Source: Nemertoderma westbladi (taxonomy: Eukaryota; Animalia; Xenacoelomorpha). Taken from it: DNA of 64,000 nucleotides. Below are positions 1 to 11,882 of this stretch, piece by piece; position 1 is the stretch's first letter; every line of letters starts with the position of its first letter. The notes under the pieces are model-generated. The model searched no databases and had not been told where the DNA came from. It was given only the letters and a program-made list of their open reading frames with translations. The stretch covers positions 64,702 to 128,701 of the forward strand of contig JAUCBJ010000011.1 of NCBI GenBank assembly GCA_032718475.1. Reading direction: 5' to 3'. The position numbers and the translations under genes are program-made.

Positions 1-200
1 TAAAGGGCGCACATAGCATTTAAATGCAGCAATTAAAGCTCTACAGTTAGTTGTATGAAAACACTTAAAAATCAAATTCGTCATTTTGAAGGACATGGCC
101 AACTTGTTCCCTACAATAAATATCAATATTTACACTACTGCACAGCACATTGTAATAATAGCCAAGTCTCTACAGGAATCGTCAATAATTAATGTATTGC
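1..200 (-). mobile_element. Degenerate CR1/L2-type LINE ORF2 fragment (continues past the left edge)
   Basis: Manual minus-strand translation gives 'IDDSCRDLAIIT' and 'LIFKCFHTTNCRALIAAFKCYVRPL', resembling the post-RT 'xxDLGI' and 'YxxxVRPLLEY' blocks of CR1 ORF2. Confidence 0.6.
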
Positions 201-235
201 TACCGTGGTCCTAAATAGAAAGAGAAACGACTTAC

Positions 236-734
236 ACATACAACAATTCATCAGCTCCGGTTACAGATTGTAACAAACATTGCGAATTGGTTAAGGAATT
301 CACCGAGCTGTCCTCTAGTAGCCGCCTCTCCATTAGCAACTGCGCAGTAAATCCACTACCGAACTCCTTTCTAAAATCCATTGGAATAAAACCGCTTGGG
401 TCGTTTTCCTGGAGACACAATGAGTTTATTACAATTTAAATACCGTAACATAAAGTTGTACCGGTATGGGGGTACGGTAGTGCGTACTGCAGTCCCGTGT
501 ATTGCAGTATTGTGTCCAGGCCGACAGGCACATAGAAACTTCATAAGTTCTGAAGTTGCAATAAAACTAAATCTTGCAATACAAAAATTATCGTAATTTC
601 GGAAATTAGCTGATTAGGCTGAAACTTACAAGGTCATTAGATCTCTGCAGAGATTGTAGTAGTGGATGACTTCTTTGTACAGATTCGGAATAGTTCTCAC
701 TGGTATTATTACCAAGTTTTTTTGGAGACGCCAT
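236..734 (-). CDS. Divergent proteasome maturation protein (POMP/UMP1)-like gene, first two coding exons (734-630, 408-236); 3' exon(s) presumably left of the window
   Basis: ATG at 734 opens a 35-codon exon ending at a GTAAGT donor (629). An acceptor ...TGTCTCCAG at 409 and a second GTAAGT donor at 235 bound exon 2. The phase-0 join reads MASPKK...SHPLLQSLQRSNDL|ENDPSGFIPMDFRKEFGSGFTAQLLMERRLL...SQCLLQSVTGADELLY. The HPL, R-x-x-x-G...L-x-ME and L-x-x-x-x-G-x-DE spacing resembles UMP1/POMP. Confidence 0.6.
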
Positions 735-1545
735 AATCAGATAATGCAAATCAGTGTACAGGTGTAGGATTATTATTACAGTATTACTATACCAGTATAC
801 CGTAGGCTATCGGTATTCGGTATTCAGTACTCCAGTACCGGTATTACTGTAACCGGTATTACTGTATTACCAATAAATATTTTACGGTCTCGCTGTTGCT
901 ACTAGCTGATTTATACTACTGTACTCGGCTGCTCGGCCTACTGCTGTACTGCTACTAAACTGGTGAAAAAGTACAGTAGGCTTTACTACGGCACCTAATG
1001 GATGTTATGTTTTTAAGTGTGTTATGTTATGTAATGTTATTAAAGTCGACAGAACAATAATAAAATCAATTGCACATAAACCAAACAGAAGCACATCTGG
1101 CAAAGTACGCCAATCGGCGTATAGAAATTATAAAGAAAGTATATGCTAATGCCTACTGTACATATATTAGGACTACTGTACATATATTATATTATATAGG
1201 CCTACTGTATACATATTATATAGGTCTTTGCAATGGCAAATAAAACACATTTTAAAAGTTAATTAGAAAATAAATGAAGATTATACACGATAAATGAAAA
1301 ATATTTTTTTAAAAATATTCAATAGAAAGTATAATAAACACACAATTAGGGCAAAAATATAACTAAAAACGGATCTTTAAATTAAAAATTAAAAATATGT
1401 ACACGTCACAAACAATAGTTACAGTGGATACAAAATAAAATAAATAAAAAAACATAAAAAACCATAGCAATGCATAGTTAGTTATACAAAACTTAAATTA
1501 AGTAGCGTTATTAATATTAATTATTATTATATATTAATTATTTAA

Positions 1546-2985
1546 TTAAATTAATAAGTAGCGTTGTAGGGTGAAATTTGCAATGGCTACCTGTCTCACT
1601 GGTGCATCACTGAAAATATTAAATTTTGTGGCCATTTCACTGTCAAGTCTTGTTTTGAAATAATTCAGACAAGGGTTACCGTTTATGTCCCGCGCATTCA
1701 CTACTGACTCTGATAGGAGGTTCCATGTTTTCACGACTCGATCTGCAAAGTTATTACACCTGCGTAGTGATCTACACCCGGATCGTTTATACAGAGCGAG
1801 CGATGAGCCACGTGTTCTATAATTATGTAGTTCACTCCTAAACTGAAAGAAGTAACAGCGATCTATATTGTCGATTCCATCAAGAAATTTGTATGTCGAT
1901 ATCAAGTCTGCACGAATTCTACGATATATCAGTCTGGGAAGCTAAAGCGACTTCAGTCGGTCCTCATAGGGTAGATCTTGTAGGGATGGGATGAGTCTAG
2001 TAGCTCTGTGCTGGACTTGCTCGAGAATATCAATGTCGCGCTGAAGAAATGGAGACCAAACCACAGTACCATACTCCAGGAGAGGGCGGACAAGCGACTT
2101 ATACAGTACGGTGAACATGGAGGGTTCCAAGTAGGTGAAAGTTCGTCGGATAAGGTGAACTACACGCACGCACGGGCTGCTGTCTGGGAATAGTGAGTTG
2201 AATATCGGAGGTAAAAGTTATGCCTAGGTCTCTCTCTTCTGAAACTGTCGACAGTGGCTGGCCATTCATAGAATAAGTAGATAATGTGTTGCTATACCCC
2301 AGGTGCATCACCTTACACTTTGTGCTGTTGAATTGGAGGTTCCAACGATTGGACCAAGCGAGAAGTCTTTCTAAGCCAGCTTGCAAGGACTCAACATCAT
2401 CGGCATTATGAACGGGTCTATATATCTTAGTGTCATCGACAAAGATCTTACACAGGGAGGATACAAATGTGAGGAAGAGGATCGCTGCAGTAACTGTTCC
2501 TTGTGGAACCCCACTAGATACAACTACTGGCTCACTTAGAACACCTCCAACACGAACACGTTTTGTTCTATTGGTCAAGAAGTTATTTATCCATGTCGCG
2601 AGTTTACCTCTTACACCATAACCATACAGCTTGTGCATTAAGTGTACAGTGTCGAATGCCCTTGGAAGATCAAGGTAAATGACATCCGCACCTTTAACTT
2701 CAGGGTCATCAATATAGACAGAAAGATCTTCAAATACCTCTAACAATTGGGTTACTGTTGATCTATGTGCTCTTCCACCATGTTGGGCATCCGCAAACAG
2801 TTGGTGACCTTCACAATGAGATTGCGTATAAACTTTTCACAGACTTTGACGATGATGCATGTTAATGAAACTGGATGATCGTTATCTGGTAAGCACTTCG
2901 GTTGTTTTTTGAGAATTGGGGAAACCATTGCATCTGGCCAATCAGGGGGGATTTCACCTAACTCGAAAGATAATTCGAAAATACA
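1546..2985 (-). mobile_element. 5'-truncated, frameshifted CR1-clade LINE (RT and C-terminus of ORF2)
   Basis: ORFs 2099-2746, 1942-2169 and 1546-1905 contain 'VIYLDLPRAFDTV', 'SGVPQGTV', 'KIFVDDTKIY', 'ERDLGI', 'LVRPLLEYGTVVWSP', 'LEQVQHRATRLI' and 'RVVKTWNLL', all typical of CR1 ORF2. Confidence 0.92.
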
Positions 2986-3294
2986 TTTACAAATACATTA
3001 AAAACAAAAAATAAAAACATTTAGTAGTGTACAGTACGGTATTGTGATGATTATATGATACAGGTGGTAACTACAGTAGTAGTGGGGTAACTATATGAAT
3101 ATGATAAAATATAGTAAGGCAATGGAAATTTTATGGAAATAAAAACAATACAATGTAATTAAATAATTCCAATTTAAGAATGACGTAAAATAAATAATAT
3201 AATTAATTAAATAGTGACTGGATTATATGAACTAATCCCAGTGTTCAACTGGACAATATGTGACTTCAAATTATAATTACGAATTAATTCTACG

Positions 3295-3390
3295 AGAGAA
3301 AATTTGCAAATTGTTAGCACCAACAATATCTTGAGATAAGGAATTCCAGATTGGCTCAATACGATAGTTAAAATAATGTTTATTCAGTTC
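3295..3390 (-). mobile_element. Short CR1/L2 ORF2 C-terminal remnant
   Basis: Minus-strand translation 'NKHYFNYRIEPIWNSLSQDIVGANNLQIF' matches the F-x-x-R-x-x-x-x-WN-x-L terminal motif. Confidence 0.6.
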
Positions 3391-3688
3391 AGTAGGTCAC
3401 TAAATATCACAAATTTCATTGGATAGGCCTACTGTGTACTGCTTTGTTATGTGTTTGTGTTACATTAGGTTTTAAGGGAGAATTACAGACAACCAAAACA
3501 TTAAAAGAAAGTTTCGATAGTACTGTAATTATAAAACGACATTAATTTTGAAACAAATTTATTTCAAAATTCCGACGACACAATTTTTGCGCGGAACCCA
3601 GCAAAGACACATCCGGCTAATATCCGGATAATATCCAGCTAAACCCCACTTGCTTGGTTCTTAGCGTATTAATCAGGCTAGGCTAATT

Positions 3689-4133
3689 CAGAGGCGTAGC
3701 GAGCCCTTTTGGCGCCCGGGGGAATGAAGCTGAGATGGCGCCCCCCCCCCCCCCCCCCACCTTCAATAATTTAAACTTTTCATTTATGACGGTTTTTTTT
3801 AAATATTATATATATATTACAGTATACTATATCAAATCATGAAATCTATTATATACAAGTTTGATATACAGTAGTAGTACAGTACAATACAGTAGTATAG
3901 TAGTGCAATTATAATATATGGAATGGCGAGCGAAGTGAGCCGATAAAAATTTTACATTTCTCGTTTATGACACATGTCCTGTATACTGTACTGTATTACA
4001 ATCCCTGAATTTTCACTGATTTGTCTTATTTTTACAAGAATATCCTGACTTTTGCCTGGCATTTCAGCGCCCCCGGGTGAGTGCGCCCGGGTGAACATTC
4101 CCCCCCCCACCCCCCCCCCTCGCTACGCCTCTG
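3689..4133. mobile_element. hAT-type MITE
   Basis: Perfect 15-bp TIRs CAGAGGCGTAGCGAG ... CTCGCTACGCCTCTG. The 8-bp flanks GGCTAATT / AGCTAATA match 6/8 (decayed TSD). It sits within another dispersed repeat that recurs at ~16805-16885. Confidence 0.8.
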
Positions 4134-4516
4134 AGCTAATAGCTGGATTTCGACCGTTTCCTAGTGTTTTTACAAAAAAAAACACACCCCGCCACTCGAT
4201 TCAGGGCACCTTGTTACCCCTTATTGGATTGTTTCTAGCCCAACAATTTTTTCGCGCACCAACCCTATTACAACTCTAGCTTTATCGCGAACGCCTGTTG
4301 GATGGGGTTTGTTCAAACCATCCCAGGCCAATGACAGAGCCGAAAATATTTATAGCCTTCATTGTTTATTGTTGTATCTTCATGTTGACAGATTTGCTTT
4401 TAGATCTCACTTGTTTCTTTAGGTCCGGGTAGCGAGACCTCCTAGTATTCACTGTTGTTGTTTGTGGCGGTGTTGTTGTTAATTTCCAGTTGGGTTTTCA
4501 TTTTAAGGCTTCCTAC

Positions 4517-4845
4517 GGCGCAGTGGCGAATTTGATAGAGCTTAGGGCTTGGAATCTCTAGGTACCGAGTTCAATCTCTAGATAAAGGTGATTTTTTTTT
4601 GGTAGTAAGCCATTCAAGGGGACATTTCTAGTTCATGCGTTAGTATACGCTTACCTTTGCGCGATTTCGCGTTTGTTAATTTACTTGTCAATGGTAAAAC
4701 GGCTACGGACTACCCAACAGCCATTGGTACCGGCTGGGCTGGCACCATGATTCAGTTTTCTGGTTTTGTTGTATAACCGAAAGAGTGTTGTAAACGTCCC
4801 AGATATACAAAACCTACTAAGCCTTTACATTACAATAGACCATAC
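4517..4845 (+). mobile_element. tRNA-derived SINE-like element
   Basis: The 5' head GGCGCAGTGGCGAATTTG...CGAGTTCAATCTC has Pol III A-box- and B-box-like motifs but no intact cloverleaf, followed by a ~250-bp body and a short (TTACA)-like tail. The 3' boundary is approximate. Confidence 0.5.
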
Positions 4846-4919
4846 ATTATATAGTGGATACGATATATAAATGATGCACTGCTTGACATTAGTCTAACTG
4901 AATGAATACAGATAAAACA

Positions 4920-5202
4920 CGTTCGTGGGGCGTCGCGCAGCAAGCGACCTTGAACAAGTCCGATTTGATCTGGAGTCAAAAGTTCGAGAGGTATTTACCA
5001 GTAACTTTCAAAAATATTGGAATTTTTTCTCTAGTATACCTATAAAAAATTTGGTTGAAAATTGTTAAAATCTTCAAAAGTTATTTACGAATGAATTTTT
5101 CATTTCAGGCGGACAGACAGACGGACATGAAATGCTGCCCTATTTACTAATTATAATTGTGCGCTAAGGCTCGCCCTGACTGCGTGGCTCGCCCCACAAT
5201 AA
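4920..5202. mobile_element. Non-autonomous Helentron/DINE-1(HINE)-like or MITE repeat
   Basis: Inverted subterminal motifs GTGGGGCG ... CGCCCCAC, an internal GGACAGACAGACGGAC microsatellite, and related end motifs recurring at ~35745 and ~39926. Confidence 0.45.
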
Positions 5203-6045
5203 TTAACTAGCGATATCTGATATAATTAATGTACGTATCCAAACTCCAATGGACAATAATAATTAGTGAAATGTTGATCAGCTGTCAAAGTGTGGTTGTG
5301 GGTATTTTTCATTTCGCGTCCCATAATGTTGATTATACAGTATGCAAATCAATATCGCACATCGAAGCGTTCCCAACTTTTTTATTCAACAACTAGGTAC
5401 TAATTGATAATTGATAAATAGTTGCGTTTACAATTTTCCATTCCTACATGGTTTGAAGCCATTTGTGGTTATCCTATACATAGAAACACGTTGTGGGGTC
5501 TTCGAGCAGCACGTGTTCAAATGTTCAATGACTGAGCAGCGACTAATTAACAAATTTATGAGAGATTCATTGACCGCAGCTACAGACAGATCAATATTGT
5601 GACATATATTTTAGTTTAATGTTTGATTCAATTAGAGGCACAAATTAAAAAGGCTACAAATATATAGGGGTGAATAATTAAATTAGTCACCCATTTAGGC
5701 CTAAAAGGTAGCCAAATATAAGTTGCAATCTATATAAATTTTTAAATTCAGTAGTGTGGGTGTGTTGTGTATTGATTCCGTAGATTTCATGTTGAAATAG
5801 CGTTCATTAATTTAATTTCTATTTAATGATTCATGCATACTAATACACACATTAAATTAGTTCGCGTGTGTTAAGTGTGTAAGATTTGATTGTTTCGTCA
5901 CGAAACCATTAGGGCACAGAAACTGACGGATTCTTCGCGAATTTCGCAAACGTCGCAAACTTCGGGAATTTGTTCTACAATTTTGACTCCTTAAGCAAAA
6001 GGGTCCCGAATGAGTTTTTTTAACCTTTATTTTTTGTGATTTTGA

Positions 6046-7067
6046 GGGTAAATCTTTTCGACCTACGCGTAGGCCTACGCGTAGCTACGCGTAGTTTGTA
6101 ACTTCCATTCCTGTCATTTACCGGTAGGGCCAGACTTACTGCCTTTTTTACAACTACGCGTAGGTGTTTTAAAACTACGCGTAGTTATTTTGGAACTACG
6201 CGTAGGTATTTTGAAACTACGCGTAGGTGCTACGCGTAGCTACGCGTAGGTGCTACGCGTAGCAGTCCTGATAACAATGATTTTTCATTTCAGGTCCGGT
6301 AGGGTTGAGTTGTTAGGCAAGTATCGGTACATGTCAGGTATCTGATTATCAGACAAATGTAATATCAGAATCGGAAACTCATATCTCTACATACAGCACT
6401 GGTAATAAATAATATTCGGCTCTTTCACATACAAACACAGAGGATGAATAAAAAGTAAACTTAAAATTCACGTCTCATGATAGACAATTTAGTCTCCCCC
6501 TTCCCTTGTCAAGGGGTTAACATATTAAAAACAGTATATCCTAGTTGCCCTATCGTGAACAAAGGCAATAAAAAGCATAGAGAATCGATAAGAACCATCG
6601 GCCTATTTCCTTTGTAAACTATTTTTGAACTCTAAACATTAATTATTAACACATTTTACCGCCCGCAACGCATGAAGTGAAGAATTATGTAGTTTTCGCG
6701 TATTCCTCTATATAGAGTATACAGGTATAGGATACATTACTGTTGAAAGCATTTGATGGTTGTGGGTTGTTTATTGAACATACCGTATTGTGTCTTATTT
6801 TAGTACTGACTCGCTTGGAATACGTAAGCCTACTAATGATAAACGACGTATAGGCATAGTTATGGGTAGCACCTATGCGTAGGTCGCGTAGGACCTACGC
6901 GTAGCTACGCGTAGCACCTACGCGTAGCTACGCGTAGCACCTACGCGTAGTTATTGTTAAAACTCTGAAACTGGTGATATATGACCCAATGTTGCGAACT
7001 ACGCGTAGCTACGCGTAGCTACGCGTAGCTACGCGTAGGCCTACGCGTAGGTCGAAAAGATTTACCC
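6046..7067. mobile_element. Non-autonomous DNA transposon with GGG termini, long TIRs and 8-bp TSD (Merlin-like)
   Basis: TIRs of ~49 bp GGGTAAATCTTTTCGACCTACGCGTAGGCCTACGCGTAG... and its reverse complement ending at 7067. Perfect TSD GATTTTGA at 6038-6045 and 7068-7075. Many subterminal CTACGCGTAG palindromes. Superfamily call is tentative. Confidence 0.85.
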
Positions 7068-7650
7068 GATTTTGAGTGCTTTTTTTATACTAGTGAATAT
7101 TCTAGAACCTTAGTAGATTTTTAATGGTATATAGCTAGTATTTTTTACTAGCTAGTAATTTTTGGAAATTATTTTGGTCATTAATATATTCTTCAACAGT
7201 TTAACCTGAAATATCATGGACTTTCACTTTTTTTATAATTTCAAAAAATACTTGCTTGCAAAAAATCACTAGCTAACATAAAAAACATATCTACTAATGT
7301 TGTAGAACTTTCACCAATACCAAAAAAATTAAAAAACTCTAAAAAAGGATTGGTGAAAAATGGCTGGGGTGTCGACAGGGCGAAGTAGGGACCGTGTTGC
7401 TTAACCCCTTAGAGCCTATGACGTCCACTGCACGTCACCATGGTCAGCACGAAGACGTGCAGTGGACGTCATGCTGGAATACATGTTTTATTGGAAGGCT
7501 CTTGGAGTAGGTATACTGGTGGATAGTATTAATGACATTTATTGCTCTTCGTGGCAAAAAATCCATTCTGTACTGTAGATAGGCTGTATTGTAGACTGTA
7601 TTATTAGTGTTAGGTATATGGCGTAATGCCAACCACAGTACAGTAGTTCA

Positions 7651-8190
7651 GACTGACAGTAAGACCGACAGACAGACAGACTAGATTTATGTAAACGTGT
7701 AAACTGACATCAGAAATGAAATCAGCAACCCTTAAACCCCCATAGCGAGAATGTTGGTTAGTTAGTATACTTTCTTAAGTTTTCACAGACTGACTGACAG
7801 AAAGACCGACAGCCAGACAGACTAGATTTTTTTTAAACGTGAAAACTGACATCTGAAATAAACTTAGCACCCATTAAAACCCCCATAACGAGAATGTTAG
7901 TTAGTTTGTATTCTTTTTTAAGTTTTGACAGACTGACTGACTGACAGAAAGACCGACAAACAGACAGTCTAGATTTATGTAAACCTGAAAACTGACATCA
8001 GAAATGAAATCAGCACCCCTTAAAACCCCCATAGCGAGAATGTTAGTTAATTTGAATTCTCTTTTATGTTTTGACAGACTGACTGCTGACAGAATGACCG
8101 ACAGACAGACAGACTAGATTTATGTAAACGTGAAAACTGACATCAGAAATGTAATCAGCACTCCCTAAAACCCCCATAGTGAGAATGTTA
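7651..8190. repeat. Tandem repeat, ~145-bp unit, ~3.7 copies
   Basis: The unit GACTGACAGAAAGACCGACAGACAGACAGACTAGATTTATGTAAACGTGAAAACTGACATCAGAAATG...CCCCCATAGCGAGAATGTTAG recurs four times. Confidence 0.85.
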
Positions 8191-9409
8191 GCGACAAGTT
8201 TTAATTATTAACCATATTTCGTAAGATATATTTTAAAACATTTATTTATTAATAATGCAATAACTGAATAACCAGATAACGGAACGACAAACCGAATTGA
8301 AACTTTTAATTACTAATAATAATTGTGGTGAGAGGTGATGGAAATCAAGGATATATGTTGTTATGTTATGGAGCACGCGTTGGTAGGCACAGGCAATGAA
8401 TTGATGTCTGTTGAGATGTATTGAAGGAGCACTATTCCTTCATTAGTAATAATATTAATGTCATTGAATAACTGATACCTAAACACACACACACCCCCCC
8501 GTCAGCCAGTTCTATGGGGAGTGAGTGAATGGATAGGGAATTAATGCTATCCTACCATCCCCAACCAGCAGCAGTCTGCCTCTAACAGGCCAGGACATTC
8601 TCAGCGTTGCTAAGACACGGGAAGGAATTACTCCGTATTGACTGTCATTAGGCGGTTAGAGCCTGCGTGTGAATTAATTGATAAAAATGCAATTTTAATT
8701 GTAAATCAATAAATAACTATAAAACTTGACATTAATCTCGAGTATAAAGTAAAGACTTTGATAGAATGGGACACGGCGAATCTACCCATGTTAATTTTAT
8801 ACCAGATGGGATAAATGTTACCCCCCTAAATAATTAATTACCGATAGAAGAATCGAAATAATTCGATTCAACCATACAATTTAGCTGAAGATATTAACTT
8901 AGATTATGGCTTCCGACATTTATGGCTACCGACACACACACACACACACACACACGTCACACACAGACTTTTGAGAAACGGCCATAGTATAATTATATCA
9001 GTTCGCTGATGGCTCGCCATACGTGTCTCGCCCCACAAACATCCATAACTGTACAAACACCCCCATACTGCCATACATACACATTGTCCGGCCTCCGCTT
9101 GAGACAAAAACTACCCAGTCTCAAGACAGATTCGTTATTACATAAAGTACAGTACGCCCTACTTAAAATAATGCATAATTTCATTATTTTTTTGACACCT
9201 TCAAACCTTATGGCTGTATGGTGCTAACCCTGTAACCTATTTATAATACAGTAATACTGGTTCTGGTATGGTAAGGTACAGAAGGTACGGCAGTACGGCT
9301 GTACGTTACGTGTACAGCTGTTGCTGTACGGACTTTGTCTGTTTTTGACCTGTTCAATCAATACTGCAATACGGCAATATAGCCTACCGGTAGAACTGTA
9401 GAAATCACG

Positions 9410-10441
9410 ATGACCCAAACTCTTCTCCACCACCTGTGTTCTGTACCGGTAGAGGATTCACCCGGAGACTTCTCCTACACGAGTTCATCTTCCCTCGCTA
9501 ACGACTCGACCCCCCAGTCGCCCCCCATGGAACACCGGCGGTTGTACAAGGATAATCTCGCCCTCGGTTATTGGGACCCCGATCTGGCAGTGACCCCCGA
9601 ACAACCGCCACCTACGGACGATGTCCGGCCCGGAACTAAACCCTCCCGGGTTCGCTTTAGTATGAACACGGAGATATTCGAGCGGTCTGCCTCCTCCGCA
9701 GATGCCGATAGTACGCTAACAGGGGAATCCCCTGATGGGTCGAATAACGGTTCCTTTGGTTCGGGTGGTTCTACGGAGTTGTACAGTTCAGTTGGTTCCT
9801 CCCCAAGAGGTCCCGCTACGCATGGTTCCGATGAATCCCCGTCCTATGTTTCCGCTCTCCCTTCGTTCCAGGGCGTTCTCTGCTCCCGTTCCGCATCCGA
9901 CACGGAAATCCGCCGGAAGTCGACGGAACTTTCGGACGACGGTTCCGACGCCCTTCCGACTAGCATCCGGTCGGAACCTGAGACACCGGTACCCGCCATC
10001 CTCTCCAACCCGGTTCTCCATTCGACTCGCCAAATCGCGGAACAACTGAACCGCCTGCGAGGAACGGAGTTCGCCGTTAATAAGGCGATGTCGGATCGAC
10101 TCTCGTCGGATAAACCGACGCGCTCGCGACTGTTGGGTCGGAGTGGCGTCGCGTTGGGGTTCGCTCCGACAGAGTCGGCCTTCTCCGACCTACATACGGT
10201 CGACGTGAACCCCGAGCAGTTCGTCGGACGTCCGTGTCGGACAGTCCGTCGGACCCCGTCCGTACCGGCTACCGAACCCGATATCTGGCGGTTCTACGAG
10301 TCGGACTTCATTAAGGAATCCTTCGATTTCGAGCCGACCGTTCCCATATCAACCCAACTATCTACAACATCCGCTAAAACATTGCGAACCGCATTCCAGC
10401 CGTTCCATAAACTCAAATTGCGAAACAAATTCTCTCAGTGA
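9410..10441 (+). CDS. PPP1R35: Protein phosphatase 1 regulatory subunit 35-like protein (343 aa, single coding exon)
   Basis: GC-rich 343-aa ORF with an RVxF PP1-docking motif (SRVRFS) and a Ser/Pro-rich disordered middle. The C-terminal block 'LSNPVLHSTRQIAEQL...F...GVALGFAPTESAFSDLHTVDVNPEQ' resembles the PPP1R35 C-terminal domain (recalled similarity, not searched). AATAAA-like signals lie downstream. Confidence 0.68.
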   Translation: MTQTLLHHLCSVPVEDSPGDFSYTSSSSLANDSTPQSPPMEHRRLYKDNLALGYWDPDLAVTPEQPPPTDDVRPGTKPSRVRFSMNTEIFERSASSADADSTLTGESPDGSNNGSFGSGGSTELYSSVGSSPRGPATHGSDESPSYVSALPSFQGVLCSRSASDTEIRRKSTELSDDGSDALPTSIRSEPETPVPAILSNPVLHSTRQIAEQLNRLRGTEFAVNKAMSDRLSSDKPTRSRLLGRSGVALGFAPTESAFSDLHTVDVNPEQFVGRPCRTVRRTPSVPATEPDIWRFYESDFIKESFDFEPTVPISTQLSTTSAKTLRTAFQPFHKLKLRNKFSQ

Positions 10442-11410
10442 ATCTCTTCCATTCGGTTGGAGATCGTTTCAATATAAATTAATTACCCGGTGTAACAGGC
10501 TGATATAGAGAGTTAATAGAAAGAGGGAGTTATCTCAGCCTTGTACACCGGCTCTGGTTTTCTCAATACAAATAATTTTCTTAAGAGAACAAAATGTTTT
10601 GCCACCAAATATATTTTTTCTTTCATTATTTTTATTGAGTTATTCAACTAAATTTCACCTTTATAATAATATTAACTACGAGATACTATTTTTGTACAGT
10701 AGATTTAAATTAAATAGACAGACTTTATTTACCGGGCGAGGTCAATAAGATAGGCCTGTTTTATCTCCGCTTAAAGTTTATAATCCTTAACAACAACAAT
10801 CCCAATAATCCCATTACGATAATGATACCACTGGTTCATAACTAAACGTCCTTTAATACGGTTTCAGATTGTGAGGAAATAAAGTGTACTTTATAAACCG
10901 CAGCGCCATAGACTGGGCGATAAATTAGATCAATTTGAGTAATAAAATACCAAATCGAGAGATTTTATATTTTGTTTAAAATAAACTAACTCCATCCCAC
11001 TACTACACAACAGTGTTCACATGTTTTATAACATTATTTATATTGGTTTGTTTATTTCCTATTTTATATTACACCTTTACCCTTAATATAACATGTTTCA
11101 CATTTAGCAGCCCCCCCCCCCCCCTCAATGTTTTATTAAATGCTACAACGACATTAGGTTGATGGGTTAGCGAACCCGGAAACTGCAGATAAAGAAGATT
11201 CGGTTCGATTATATTTAAAAAAATTTATAATAAATATATAGAATAGATAAGAGAGCCTCTATCCCTCTATCTATTTAGAAAACCCTAAATAGATAGGGTT
11301 TTGATAATTATTTTGAAAAAATTGCTAACTTGAGGAACATAAATTTTTTTCACAATTTAATTAAAACACTAAAACACAATCCTACACCAAATTCTTACTA
11401 ACTTCTATAA

Positions 11411-11599
11411 ATGGCAACAAAGACTCAAGATTGGAATTCTAAGAAAGTGGTTCAATTGCGAGATGAATTGGAATCTCGGGGACTTACCAAATCAGGAAGT
11501 AAAAAGGAAATGATACAACGTTTGAAGGTCTATGAGAAGAAATTACTAAGTGTGAGTTTATCTCAACTAAATGAAGAAGAAGATTCTGGTTTGCTTTAA
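11411..11599 (+). CDS. Small SAP-domain ORF (62 aa)
   Basis: 'WNSKKVVQLRDELESRGLTKSGSKKEMIQRL' matches the SAP helix-loop-helix consensus (L-x-V-x-x-L-K/R-x-x-L-x-x-R-G-L-x-x-x-G-x-K-x-x-L-x-x-R-L). ATG is in an AAATGG context. Confidence 0.6.
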   Translation: MATKTQDWNSKKVVQLRDELESRGLTKSGSKKEMIQRLKVYEKKLLSVSLSQLNEEEDSGLL

Positions 11600-11882
11600 C
11601 ATAGTATAACATTAATCATACAGTTGTTGTGATTCACTCCATTCCCCATCCCTTGTAACACTAATTACTTGAACAGTTCGCTTCATTGTGTGATCTGCAC
11701 AAGTTATGATTTCAGGGTTGCCGCTCTATTCATTTTCAATTTTCCCTGACTTAAAAAAAAAATTATCTGACGGTAGGTGTACAGGTATACACTAGGGCGG
11801 TGCGTTTTTTACTTTTTTCGATTTCATTGTGTAAAAAATTAAGGCAGAGAAAATTATCTGACGGTAGGTGTACGTACAGGTA

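Noticed and set aside
211-235. 25-nt micro-intron GTAAGT...TTTAG after POMP-like exon 2
   Set aside because: Splicing it gives a stop after 7 codons, and the downstream sequence translates as a CR1 remnant rather than the POMP C-terminus.
4517-4590. Genuine tRNA gene
   Set aside because: A- and B-box-like motifs are present, but the acceptor and anticodon stems do not pair; a SINE head explains it better.
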